Below the pieces are notes generated by a model, which saw only the letters and a program-made list of their open reading frames with translations, had not been told where the DNA came from and made no database searches. 64,000 nucleotides of DNA, from contig JACQID010000004.1 in assembly GCA_016198685.1 (NCBI GenBank), positions 256,001-320,000 of the forward strand, read 5' to 3'. The DNA comes from Candidatus Aenigmatarchaeota archaeon. Lineage in GTDB: Archaea > Aenigmatarchaeota > Aenigmatarchaeia > GW2011-AR5. Shown here one piece after another: positions 21,901-29,268 of this stretch. The translations under genes and the position numbers were made by a program. The number at the start of each line of letters is the position of its first letter. The stretch's first letter is position 1.

Positions 21901-22205
21901 GAAGCGTTTGCAAGTATGGTATAGTTACCGGATGAAGAAAGTGAGAAAGTATAATTTGCGCCTCCTGTAGAATTGGTCGTCAATGAAGAAGATGAAACCG
22001 CCGCGCCTGATGAGTCTTTAACTGTCAGCAAAACAGATTCGTTCGAGATAGCGGTTGTATTGTCAGACACTACAACAGACGAGTAGATGCTCTCGTTTAC
22101 ATTGAACGAATACTTGTTTGTTTTCACTGAAACATCAAGCGAAAAAGAAGGCATAGCAATGAGAAGAATCGCAGCGACCAAAACAAATTTTGATGCTCTT
22201 CCCAC
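15951..22205 (-). CDS. Giant (2084 aa) secreted surface protein of tandem Ig/MG-like modules
   Basis: Signal peptide; repeated [TS]xKxxYxxGxxV starts and GxFxV[RK] ends; many N-x-S/T sequons; GGTGA SD before GTG. Confidence 0.85.
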   Translation of the reverse strand: MGRASKFVLVAAILLIAMPSFSLDVSVKTNKYSFNVNESIYSSVVVSDNTTAISNESVLLTVKDSSGAAVSSSSLTTNSTGGANYTFSLSSSGNYTILANASGTVVSHFIKVLPYSKILISLNKPSYSTDTVASLVATVVNSNGNGVPSVLIMPNLRYKNGTLISEITSCTTDSVGKCSTSFTVPSTEGEYIVEINKFEQAVPLLVGGFSASMKISPTVVGRGDNVTIRITVKNANGNGATASTRQLVITAPNGTKTTVTAMTQATDSSATSLTGVYEDKFSSTGEGIYSVTATVTAQGSNITKELLGSFEVRAYVMEISAWDGQLVFYPGSTVTLGLKLKNASTSDNIAGKATTITSGAKIYDPSGVDTAISPTVTDQVSTDGKYKMSFLIPGTSASGTYKVLISINDTFGSGSGIGYFTIQRAKGFVVSMDTFPNGVSQRDFVAGKKIVLRFSAQNVSGTVPVTGISSYSIADSEGNDKTSLFGTNATYTSGNYTYINLTAPVKGGDYFVKAQTDTPVGSVSVDGNFKVRSLDVTIRPVSAGSPGSTTPTPGAGGPGPGFFWFFRPNDTVQLNVSVTTASEKQGNEGFMSKGSFGGGPRGVEGGLFGIGGGSSVQGAQVTVTKIINLNTEEDWTSSVTLTNCVTDSSGSCAISMKSSVNGQNWTGGFYIAFFNLSTSDNKTDRAQGFFDVRKYFMDVTVRANTTTDASSLGFNSFQNWNVGPNTAVNVSVTVREPGTWQTANRTGTLTISGVFYGGNAGEFIFPPKKIDSTNTTIRIDGGSNSTVISAPATGWKSGFYIVKVIVNFSGGIDSGEGFFMSKIFEGFGMPVNPETNVPDFTIGKNENVSMKIDVFNVVNYRPAANLTVSLKKILSFASFPPSELTYDKTVTQGTTDASGRVLMTLEPPTGGWSNGQYLIVFDVTNGTVTDQVEGFFMVRNFFAEISSSNWRYGRSDNINFTATISSDPSWMRNQFGGGCPPEDTTCGGGGGPIGTPEAILEEGVVVAGRGFDLDGDTFPDINMTTSNVSDIDMANLSAVNLTSGGVTKNSTIAFMGCMNSVFSKCVSGEKILSDYDSGGPFQGFKCTGPGFAPVYSNQGYRNTTNMTLAGSYNATHTRYFCVNSTTGKYYKLGMRGPGNSEGNVSNWSIGYIQDLGETSGLGGSSGVSVGDNSQTSYYNVTLKSVKVAKFDFSSGETVLQEKVDYNVTSKDGTIKGTGNILIPGVGTFVLKPLDDGAAGGTWDSGDYFVSAEFNNSLGTEKAEWGFKIETFFASCNRVSWGDIQSGVSVNISCTITDPSSGRAYTGSTETNIESVINSMTGAPVSSSLWSDATTSNNKYSAAANVSLSQSLPNGFYQIAIRINESSDVKRTYVWFDVRDFTPSAWTEKWTYGSSDNITIYAQGTLSGQQVTLNTSYTSGSPEITVYKYDRATWSRSEVSGIALKTSNITMPTRLIMNLSRSGGWDEGSYQAVVNLTRTLQNGSATGGKVEVSTWFDVRLFDVWSWTDAWSNHPKNNMSLKVHVGSPGTSSYYNGQVYIDILSLQNTLTGATLVNGTDYTVKAVSGNPATVGDLNINITPLGSGLPSGTYRAKLKISDANGNVVFSEAWFEVIAFRLYAFASRFEYQKGENVTFDIVADSSSGTPVTLNDVKISTMKHCQSGTCTSVDTSGLIYTYTSSQKRLSLNTTALSEGYYYPEITANDSQNVTSTAHIGYATFRLSSFALSGKILYPFEFAGEKFRYSYYINESMKLNISGSSGVTVSNATFRYWSCDNACVQHSFVVAINRTTQSNAETINITPPGLNNTWPTPPWGWAYYDVEISALKDGVATTFMTSISAEFPGVWGAITGITDITPTSAITSTINVSLNYNRSMVLANANVSVRKIWNTATGANVNTSDSNWTGASNITDAGGAANVSITPAGSFTWPIGRLSVEYQATYGNSTTVGSREVIVAQKNLRIEGKSVYNATKSNQSYVTDNTVSALLPGNATFRENFNISVSINNPSSSQVNADIAISKPVHSTNSSAISNNLTNLTHGNMIMNIGVTRQFNWTFNVTQAGNWTGTITITPKTSTMSVMTTTYNFESK

Positions 22206-22436
22206 TGAATCACCGGAATAATAAAACGTTTATGTGAAGAAGTTGTATATAAAGCTAACGCAATTTTTATCGGAATTCCGCTTTTTTTGCGCGATAAAGG
22301 AAAATTTTCATATTTTTGGAACGAATAAATATCTTCTGAAAGTAATTAATCAAGCCGCCGGGTTGACAGAGCGGCCATGTGCTCGCCTGCAAAGCGAGAT
22401 AGAGGCGTTCAACTCGCCTACCCGGCTTCGTAATGA

Positions 22437-22738
22437 TGCAACGAATGGACAACCTCCGATTCTTCAAACGCAGCCATGTCAGGATATATTCATGGCACGA
22501 CAGACTGGTCTTCTGCTGTAGATATGCAGTGCAATTCAAATTTTCGAATATACTGCTTCGAAAAAGCGTATCCTTCATCAACTACCACCACAGTCGTGGT
22601 TTCGGCGTGCGGCGACTCTGATGGAGGGGGTCGGGAGAATCTGCTGCGGTTAATGTAAGAACAACTTCTCGTTTCAGTACTGGCAGCATCGAAAATGGCA
22701 ATCCTGCCAAAGTAGACATAGAATACTACGAGCCGTAG
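22437..22738 (+). pseudogene. Relic of a surface protein (DUF1554/endostatin-like C-terminus plus CxDSDGG motif)
   Basis: Start-less frame CNEWTTSD...GYIHGTTDWSS...CNSNFRIYCFEK...TTTT...CGDSDGG, preceded by TAA TGA, then a frame switch. Confidence 0.5.
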
Positions 22739-22823
22739 GGAATGATATTTACTTAATCGATTAATGAATCTATTAACTGTAGAAAGCTTTATTAATTTTT
22801 AGTTGTAATTATATATATTCATA

Positions 22824-22847
22824 TTTTCTTGTTAGTTTTCTTGTTAG
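22824..22847. repeat. Perfect 12-bp tandem repeat (TTTTCTTGTTAG x2) upstream of TA pair
   Basis: Read directly at 22824-22835 and 22836-22847. Confidence 0.8.
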
Positions 22848-22874
22848 TTTATAATCAAAACTTGAGGTAAAAAT

Positions 22875-23075
22875 ATGACAGAATATGAAAAAGGGCCTGA
22901 AGGACCAGAGTATAGACCTGAAGATCACTATAGGAGTACAGGTATACGCAAACTCATTCGGGACATTGTCGAACTTTATGGTACTGAGCCAATGAGTAGA
23001 GAAAATAGGCCAACGGCCCGAAGTGACTTAAAAGCTATGTTACATCGTTTTACACAACCTTGGAGAAGACCGTAG
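22875..23075 (+). CDS. Small protein, putative antitoxin
   Basis: 66 aa, GAGGT SD upstream, 12 nt before a PIN gene; role inferred from position only. Confidence 0.55.
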   Translation: MTEYEKGPEGPEYRPEDHYRSTGIRKLIRDIVELYGTEPMSRENRPTARSDLKAMLHRFTQPWRRP

Positions 23076-23087
23076 ACAAATATCATA

Positions 23088-23594
23088 GTGCCCTTTTATT
23101 ATCTTGATACATCAGCTTGGGTAAAGCGATATATAACTGAAAATGGCAGTGACTTTGTCGATCAACTTTTTGATGGAAAAATGTCAAACGAAAAATTTCT
23201 GACTTCCATCTATACAGGACTGGAGATGCAAATATCTCTTCAACGCGCGCGACATATGAGAAAAATTGATCTTTTAGATTTCAATCGCATAATGAGGAAT
23301 TATGGCCATGACGTTGTTACCGACAATGTTGAGATAGTTTCCATTGACGATGATATAATACGATCAGCTTCCGTTTTATCTGGTAAGTATCCCAAACTAG
23401 GCGAAGGAGATACGATCCACCTCGCTACAGCGCTTGATTTAGAATATTCTGAAGGCAATGATCTGATAATGATTACAGCTGATAGAGATCTTCTTGAAGC
23501 CTCAATAGCGGAAAATCTATTTTCCCTACACCCTGTATATAACTCTTCAAGACGCGAACTGCGCAGAATAAGAACAGGAAGACGAAGAAGATAA
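23088..23594 (+). CDS. vapC: PIN-domain VapC-family ribonuclease
   Basis: YYLDTSAWVKRY..E, DTIHLATAL, ITADRDL acidic active-site pattern. Confidence 0.9.
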   Translation: MPFYYLDTSAWVKRYITENGSDFVDQLFDGKMSNEKFLTSIYTGLEMQISLQRARHMRKIDLLDFNRIMRNYGHDVVTDNVEIVSIDDDIIRSASVLSGKYPKLGEGDTIHLATALDLEYSEGNDLIMITADRDLLEASIAENLFSLHPVYNSSRRELRRIRTGRRRR

Positions 23595-23609
23595 GTAACT
23601 ACGATAATT

Positions 23610-24614
23610 TCATTTGTTTTCATTTCTCTGCATTTTATCAACGCTTATTTCCATCCATTTGCCTGCATAATCTTCAGCGCCTACAGCATCCAAGGCTCTT
23701 GATAAAAGGTTATCAGGCGCAAAAACATGCGGTGATCCGGCATCGGTTAGATCAGGTCCTTTGTAAGGAGGGGTATAATCAGGCGTATAGAAAAAAGGCA
23801 TACCCTTATCTATCCTGCTTTTCCTGACGCGCGGATTTTTTATCGCTGAGCCGAAACGTCCCGGACGCTCCGCGTCTATGAAATAAATTTCCCGACCAAA
23901 GCGCTCGTATCTTCCTTCTCTATTCATGCCTTCGGCATCTATTGCCTCTATTTCATCGGAGTGAATAGGCAAATAGAAACCCTGCAATAACGTCATATTT
24001 GTTTCAGATTCATATACTATGTCTACGAAGCCTCCCGCAACGAACAATATATCGCCATTTTCACGCCTGGCGGTTATGGTATCTGAAGGATCAATGATTT
24101 CTGCGTTAATATGCATCGTTGGCAATTGCAATCCTATCTTTTTCGCTGATTCTGAAATGTAAGGCTCCATGCCGACAGGCGCAAGAAGCCGATGATCATC
24201 TTTTGTCACTATCAGGCATTCCTCGGCCGCCTCGCGCATCGCCGTGCTATAAAGCCCGCTGGGGAGATAGACCTCATCATGTGTAGGATGACCCGCAGGG
24301 ATGCTGTGGTATAGGGCATGCGTAGGCGCTCTGATGTCCCGCCTGTGGGATATAATTTTTCCGTCTTTTGTCATGTAAAATATACCTGCACATGGCGGCC
24401 TTATCGGATGCACCTCGTCAGCTATCGCTGAAACACCCTCTTCCTTGAGACGTTTCATGACAGTTATTCCATATTCAGGATTTTGTGGTAAACGTCCACG
24501 AAACGTTTCCGGAAGATTTGGATAGAGAAGGCTTATAGAGAGCCTGCCATCCCGTAGACTTGCAATGGCACGGTCTACCTTCAAATTTCCGGTTCTGTAA
24601 ACTGCCGGATTCAT
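23610..24614 (-). CDS. Hypothetical protein with Nudix-like box
   Basis: PAGHPTHDE...TAMREAAEEC resembles GX5EX7REUXEEXGU with a longer spacer; start set at MNPAVY. Confidence 0.6.
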   Translation of the reverse strand: MNPAVYRTGNLKVDRAIASLRDGRLSISLLYPNLPETFRGRLPQNPEYGITVMKRLKEEGVSAIADEVHPIRPPCAGIFYMTKDGKIISHRRDIRAPTHALYHSIPAGHPTHDEVYLPSGLYSTAMREAAEECLIVTKDDHRLLAPVGMEPYISESAKKIGLQLPTMHINAEIIDPSDTITARRENGDILFVAGGFVDIVYESETNMTLLQGFYLPIHSDEIEAIDAEGMNREGRYERFGREIYFIDAERPGRFGSAIKNPRVRKSRIDKGMPFFYTPDYTPPYKGPDLTDAGSPHVFAPDNLLSRALDAVGAEDYAGKWMEISVDKMQRNENK

Positions 24615-24674
24615 AAAACAATAGATTTGTAAACCCTTTTTAAGTTGTAAATTCAATGAATTCTCGGTGATGGA

Positions 24675-25256
24675 ATGGAAGAGCCGGGAAACGTAAAGGA
24701 TCTTATTCAGGATGTGAAGAACCTATCTGGGCTTATGTTGAATCTTGCTTATTCGTCCGTGTTTTTCGAAAGCAAGGAGATAGCCAAGGAAGTGATCATA
24801 TTGTACAACGATATAGAGAGTCTTGAAGAAAACTTGTATCTGCATTTGTTCGCAGCATCACGCGGCGGCCACCAAGCCAAGAGGCTCATTGGCGTCATAG
24901 ATGTTGCCGAAAGCTCTAAATTTGTTGCAAATGCCGCAAGGAATATGGCCGAGATGGTACTTGAAGGCAGGGAACTGCATCCCGTCATTAAAGACGCCCT
25001 CCGTGAAAGCGACGAAAGCATAGCACGCGAGACCGTGCTGAAAAAATCTATACTTGTAAGCAAGACACTCGGCGACATGAAGCTTAGGACAGAAACAGGC
25101 GCCAACGTCATTGCCATAAAAAGGAATGGGAAATGGATGTTCAATCCCGAAGAAACTACAACCGTTCGCGAGGAAGATGTGCTTATCTTCATCGGCTCCA
25201 AAGAAAGCTGCAAACGCCTCCATAAGCTGGCTAGAGGGGAATTGAAAAAGCTCTAA
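24675..25256 (+). CDS. PhoU-like / TrkA-C (RCK_C) domain protein
   Basis: Helical N-half (LMLNLAYSSV), C-half KTLGDMKLRTETGANVIAIKR...NP...DVLIFIG. Confidence 0.88.
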   Translation: MEEPGNVKDLIQDVKNLSGLMLNLAYSSVFFESKEIAKEVIILYNDIESLEENLYLHLFAASRGGHQAKRLIGVIDVAESSKFVANAARNMAEMVLEGRELHPVIKDALRESDESIARETVLKKSILVSKTLGDMKLRTETGANVIAIKRNGKWMFNPEETTTVREEDVLIFIGSKESCKRLHKLARGELKKL

Positions 25257-25283
25257 GTATAATATCCTTCGCGGAGGAATATT

Positions 25284-26519
25284 ATGAATTCACTGCGTAG
25301 CTTTCTGAGTGCGGAGGCACTGGCCTACGTCAAGCTACGCTACAGCATTTTTTCGCTTGTTATTAGCGGCATAACATCGATTTTTGCGGGAGTCTTGCTT
25401 AGCAAATCAGAAGCTCTGATACTTGCAGTCCCTGGGCTTCTTGTATTGTTGCCTGCAGCACTGGATATCCGCGGCTGTATTTTCGGAACCTTGGCATCAA
25501 GGCTCGGCTCTGCGTTTCACATAGGCACGCTCAAAAATTTTGACCTGAAAAACAAGGTATTGCGCATAAATGTTTTTGCATCATTGTCTCTTAGCGTGAT
25601 TCTTTCCGTATATCTTGGTATCATATCAAAAATTCTAACGTATCTTTTTGGATTGCCCGCCATACCTTTGCAGGAGCTTGTTTCCATATCGCTGATCGCA
25701 GGATTGCTATCCGGCGTCCTTCTCACGATTGCTTCAATATGGATATCCTTTCTTGCCTACAAAAGAAGCTGGGATCCTGATAATGTAACATCCCCTCTTG
25801 TCACGGCAATAGGCGATTTCTTTACTATACCTAGCCTTATTGCAGCAGCTATGATAGTGCAATATATAGGGCATTATTCTGAAATGATATTCTACGCATC
25901 CGTTATGTTGTCTCTTCTTAGCATGTTTCACGTCCTTATTTCCTCTGGTGTAGTTCCAAATTCCATCAATTTCAAGCGCATAATGACGGAGTCTATGCCT
26001 GTACTCGCATTGTCAGGATTGCTCAGCGCGGCTTCCGGCGTTGTACTGGAAGCATACGTGCACAGCATAATAGCGATACCTATTATATTGATGTTCATCC
26101 CTTCGTTCCTTGAAACCGCAGGCAATATAACAACCATACTCTCGTCACGCGTTGGAAGCAAGCTGCATCTTGGTTTGATCAAGCCTGACTTCAAAATGAA
26201 AGGCGAAAAGCTCCAGGAAATACTCAATTCAATGCGCCTTGCCTATTTCATTTTCCCGCTTTTAGGAATAATGGCTTATTACATAGGCGCATTTGCAGGG
26301 GTCAACGGCTTGACACTCTGGGATATAGTAATCCTATCGGTTTCATCCGGAATTATCCTGCATCTCTTTCTCATCCTGATGTCCATGGCCATATCGATAA
26401 TATCCTTCAACCACAACGTCGATCCGGATAACGTGACAATACCTATAATGACAAGCGTTGCCGACATAGTATCGGTTCTGGTTATAGTAGGAATGGTACA
26501 CGTTCTTGGCTTTGTCTAG
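25284..26519 (+). CDS. MgtE-family (SLC41-like) divalent cation transporter, duplicated membrane domain
   Basis: Two DPDNV motifs with downstream GD/AD; about 10 TM; paired with the RCK_C gene. Confidence 0.9.
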   Translation: MNSLRSFLSAEALAYVKLRYSIFSLVISGITSIFAGVLLSKSEALILAVPGLLVLLPAALDIRGCIFGTLASRLGSAFHIGTLKNFDLKNKVLRINVFASLSLSVILSVYLGIISKILTYLFGLPAIPLQELVSISLIAGLLSGVLLTIASIWISFLAYKRSWDPDNVTSPLVTAIGDFFTIPSLIAAAMIVQYIGHYSEMIFYASVMLSLLSMFHVLISSGVVPNSINFKRIMTESMPVLALSGLLSAASGVVLEAYVHSIIAIPIILMFIPSFLETAGNITTILSSRVGSKLHLGLIKPDFKMKGEKLQEILNSMRLAYFIFPLLGIMAYYIGAFAGVNGLTLWDIVILSVSSGIILHLFLILMSMAISIISFNHNVDPDNVTIPIMTSVADIVSVLVIVGMVHVLGFV

Positions 26520-26611
26520 TCCAGATACGGCACGACTAAATGCAGATACAGATAAAGTGAAAATATCAGAAACAATGCCAATATGACGAAATATCGCCTA
26601 TCACGGTCCAT
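26516..26611 (-). CDS. Possible 31-aa single-TM micro-protein
   Basis: MDRDRRYFVILALFLIFSLYLYLHLVVPYLD; TATTAAT about 25-31 nt upstream; stop overlaps MgtE stop. Confidence 0.35.
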   Translation of the reverse strand: MDRDRRYFVILALFLIFSLYLYLHLVVPYLD

Positions 26612-26695
26612 GACGATTAAATATGCAAATAAGAATTAATAGAGAAAGCAGGTAATGTCTGCCCGTTTGCGTAGAGAAGCTTATTCTCTATTGCA

Positions 26696-26864
26696 GAAAA
26701 TCCTGACCTGCGCCCGCCGGGATTCGCACGGAGGACATTCTTCCTCCGGCGCAGTGAAGACTTCGTCTTCCCTGTGAACCTTCGGTTCTGTTGAAGTGGC
26801 GCCTTCAACATCCAGAGAAGCGAAGCTTGTCCTCGGAAAATCCCAGTATGCGCCCGCCGGGATT
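26696..26864. repeat. 140-bp-period duplication of tRNA-Gly 3' end enclosing a multi-hairpin segment
   Basis: TGCGCCCGCCGGGATT at 26709-26724 and 26849-26864; GAAAATCC at 26696 and 26836 (same offset); hairpins in between. Confidence 0.75.
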
Positions 26865-26958
26865 TGAACCCGGATCAACAGCTTTCTTCGTTTTCCGCCG
26901 GCGCTTTTTCTAAAAGGGCCGTTGGAAGGCTGTGGTCCTGCCGTTAGACTACAGGCGC
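26849..26958 (-). tRNA. tRNA-Gly(TCC) with 39-nt intron at 37/38 (26922-26884)
   Basis: Acceptor GCGCCTG/CGGGCGC, anticodon arm ACAGC-CTTCCAA-GCTGT after intron removal, T arm CCGGG-TTCAAAT-CCCGG; CTTC/GAAG central helix. Confidence 0.92.
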
Positions 26959-27045
26959 TTCTTTCTCATATCCATTATAGACAAAGAAATAAAAATGGTT
27001 GGTTTGGCTCAGAATTGCAAAATGTGCGACATAAGTTCTTGGAGT

Positions 27046-28566
27046 CTATTCGAAGAACTTCCTTACAGCCGGGTTCATGTCTTCTACATAACGCTGAGAT
27101 ATCTGCTCGTAGAAGTTATAGATTATCATGACCGTGAGCAGTATGCCTGTTCCGGTTCCGAGAGCACCTGTGAAATCACCAAGCGCGGCAAGCGTGCCTA
27201 TCGCAAGACCGGAGATTATTGTGAGGGAAGGTATGTACCTGTTCAATACTTGCTCAACTATACGCGGGTCGCGCCTGAAGCCTGGCACCTGCATGCCCAT
27301 GGATTCTATCTGGTTGGCAACGCTGCGCGCATCCATGCCTGCAGTCGTAACCCATAGAATCGAAAAGAGCACTGAGCCCGCAACAAGTATTATCAGGTAT
27401 ACAAATACCCTGAATATGCTTTCCGCGCTTGGCGCGCCGGTGACGCTGAGCGTTACCATTGATGCAAGGATAAGCGAAATAATTGAAGATGCGCCCAGGA
27501 ATTTGCCGAGATTTGGATGCTTCATGTAGTATGCAAGAACCACCGAACCCAGCATCGCCAAAAGGAAGCTTGTGAAGAATAATTCTATTGATGTCTCACG
27601 CGGAACCTGAAGGTAATGGGCAAGGCCCGATACTGCCTGATTATTACCATCAAAGCATCCCAGTAGCCCGCATCTTAAGCCTCCGCCAACGTCCCTTGCA
27701 AGAGCATGGCCTATGAGCTGGATGTTTGCAAGCAAGGCCGCTATAAGGATGACGGGTATGTTGCTGGTATAGATAAGCTTGAGAGGCCAGCTTCTCGCAA
27801 AGCCCCGTACAGAAGCGAAAGCAAGAGGTATCTGCACTTTCATGGCCTGTATATACACGACCATCAAGAAAACTATTACAGTTGAAATTATCGGCAGGAA
27901 TGCGGTAAACGCCTCATAGAACTGCTGTGAGCCTATGTATTGTATCGCCTGCGGAATAAGACCAAATGAGAACTCACTGCCTTCTCCTGCAAGCGGATTT
28001 AATGCCCGGACAAATATCGTCTTTGAAACTCCGGCTGCAATGAAAAGCGATATTCCTGACCCTATACCCCACTTGGACACAACTTCGTCCATGAAAAGTA
28101 ATATTAACGCGCCGAACATGAGCTGGACTACAAGAAACGCTATGGTAACGAAATCCCGGCTTACAGGAGAAACCGCGCCCAAGCCTACGAATATTATAGC
28201 CTCAAATATGCAGAATAATATTGCAAGCAATTTTTGCGTGCTTTGGAATTTGGCTTTGCCCGCCTCAGTGGATGTATCTATATTGATTATCTTGGATCCT
28301 GCAAGAAGCTGTAAGATTATAGATGCAGTGACTATAGGGCCGATACCTAAGGTAATTATGGAACCAAGAGAAGAACCAAGTATCATTTCAAATGTCTGAA
28401 ATTGCTGAAGAGAAGTTTCAGAGACGCCCCAAAGCGTTATCTGACCCATTATGAGAAAGATAAATAATATAAGACCTGTCCATTTGATGCGGGATGAGAA
28501 ATTAAGATAAGTGGAAGGTCCCTTGACACTGGGCAATACCCCTATGATTTTCTCGTACGCAGACAT
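27046..28566 (-). CDS. secY: Preprotein translocase subunit SecY
   Basis: LGIGPIVTASIILQLL, KWGIGSGISLFI, YTSNIPVIL, PGFRRDPR, GTGILL; follows rpl15. Confidence 0.97.
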   Translation of the reverse strand: MSAYEKIIGVLPSVKGPSTYLNFSSRIKWTGLILFIFLIMGQITLWGVSETSLQQFQTFEMILGSSLGSIITLGIGPIVTASIILQLLAGSKIINIDTSTEAGKAKFQSTQKLLAILFCIFEAIIFVGLGAVSPVSRDFVTIAFLVVQLMFGALILLFMDEVVSKWGIGSGISLFIAAGVSKTIFVRALNPLAGEGSEFSFGLIPQAIQYIGSQQFYEAFTAFLPIISTVIVFLMVVYIQAMKVQIPLAFASVRGFARSWPLKLIYTSNIPVILIAALLANIQLIGHALARDVGGGLRCGLLGCFDGNNQAVSGLAHYLQVPRETSIELFFTSFLLAMLGSVVLAYYMKHPNLGKFLGASSIISLILASMVTLSVTGAPSAESIFRVFVYLIILVAGSVLFSILWVTTAGMDARSVANQIESMGMQVPGFRRDPRIVEQVLNRYIPSLTIISGLAIGTLAALGDFTGALGTGTGILLTVMIIYNFYEQISQRYVEDMNPAVRKFFE

Positions 28567-28570
28567 TATA

Positions 28571-28948
28571 TCACTCGGTGATTATCTGGCCTCCGGCCTT
28601 CTCCACTTTTTCCTTAGCTGACGGAGAGCACAAAAGCACTTTCACCTTTAGGGGTTTGGAAATCTCTCCTTGCCCAAGAAGCTTGCCATATCCCATCTCT
28701 GTGAGGTTGACTTCTCCTTCAAATTTGGCAAGTTCAAAAACATTTATGACTTTAGCTCTCTCTTTCAAAGACGTGAAGCCTTTCTTGCCGAAATGACCGG
28801 GGTCCTTGGCATATACAAAGCTTCTATTGTGCTTGGAGCTGCCTCCGAGTCCCTTGCCTCCCTTGCTTCCCTTGCCTCGGTGCTTTTTCTTGGCGCCGAA
28901 GCCGTGCGTATGGCTTCCTCTTTTCTTGTTGGCTTTGTCGCTTGTCAT
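28571..28948 (-). CDS. rpl15: Ribosomal protein uL15
   Basis: RGSHTHGFG...HRGKGSKGG, GHFGKKGF, AKEKVEKAGG. Confidence 0.95.
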   Translation of the reverse strand: MTSDKANKKRGSHTHGFGAKKKHRGKGSKGGKGLGGSSKHNRSFVYAKDPGHFGKKGFTSLKERAKVINVFELAKFEGEVNLTEMGYGKLLGQGEISKPLKVKVLLCSPSAKEKVEKAGGQIITE

Positions 28949-29268
28949 TATAACATTCTCTTTATGAGTTCATTTATCTTTGCGCCGTTGTAGCCCAAAT
29001 CACCCTGCGGTGCCTTAAGGCTGATGGATTTTATTCCCTTCCTTGGGGGCTTCAGATGTGCAACGCCTTTTATGGCCTTCTGCGTCTCCGCATCGGCTTC
29101 GCCCCATGCAACGAAGTCGGTAACTTTCATTATCATTCCCCTGTATGTCTTGTTGTCTTCCAAGATTATAGCAGAGTTTATTTTCTTCAGGCCCATGACT
29201 CTCAGGGTTTCTTTTATATCCGCCCTGACATTCACGCTACCTCGGATTCTTACAACAACAAGCATCAT
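28948..29268 (-). CDS. rpl30: Ribosomal protein uL30
   Basis: VVRIRGSV, HLKPPRKG, GDLGY. Confidence 0.93.
   Translation of the reverse strand: MMLVVVRIRGSVNVRADIKETLRVMGLKKINSAIILEDNKTYRGMIMKVTDFVAWGEADAETQKAIKGVAHLKPPRKGIKSISLKAPQGDLGYNGAKINELIKRML

Noticed and set aside
22234-22581. 95-aa and 104-aa overlapping ORFs upstream of the giant surface gene
   Set aside because: They span the divergent promoter region with no motifs; the only protein-like signal is the start-less frame from 22437.
26630-26850. Possible RNase P or SRP RNA downstream of tRNA-Gly
   Set aside because: Structured, but lacks the GAGGAAAGUCC / CAGAA P4 elements of RNase P RNA and the SRP helix-8 motif; treated as a repeat element.
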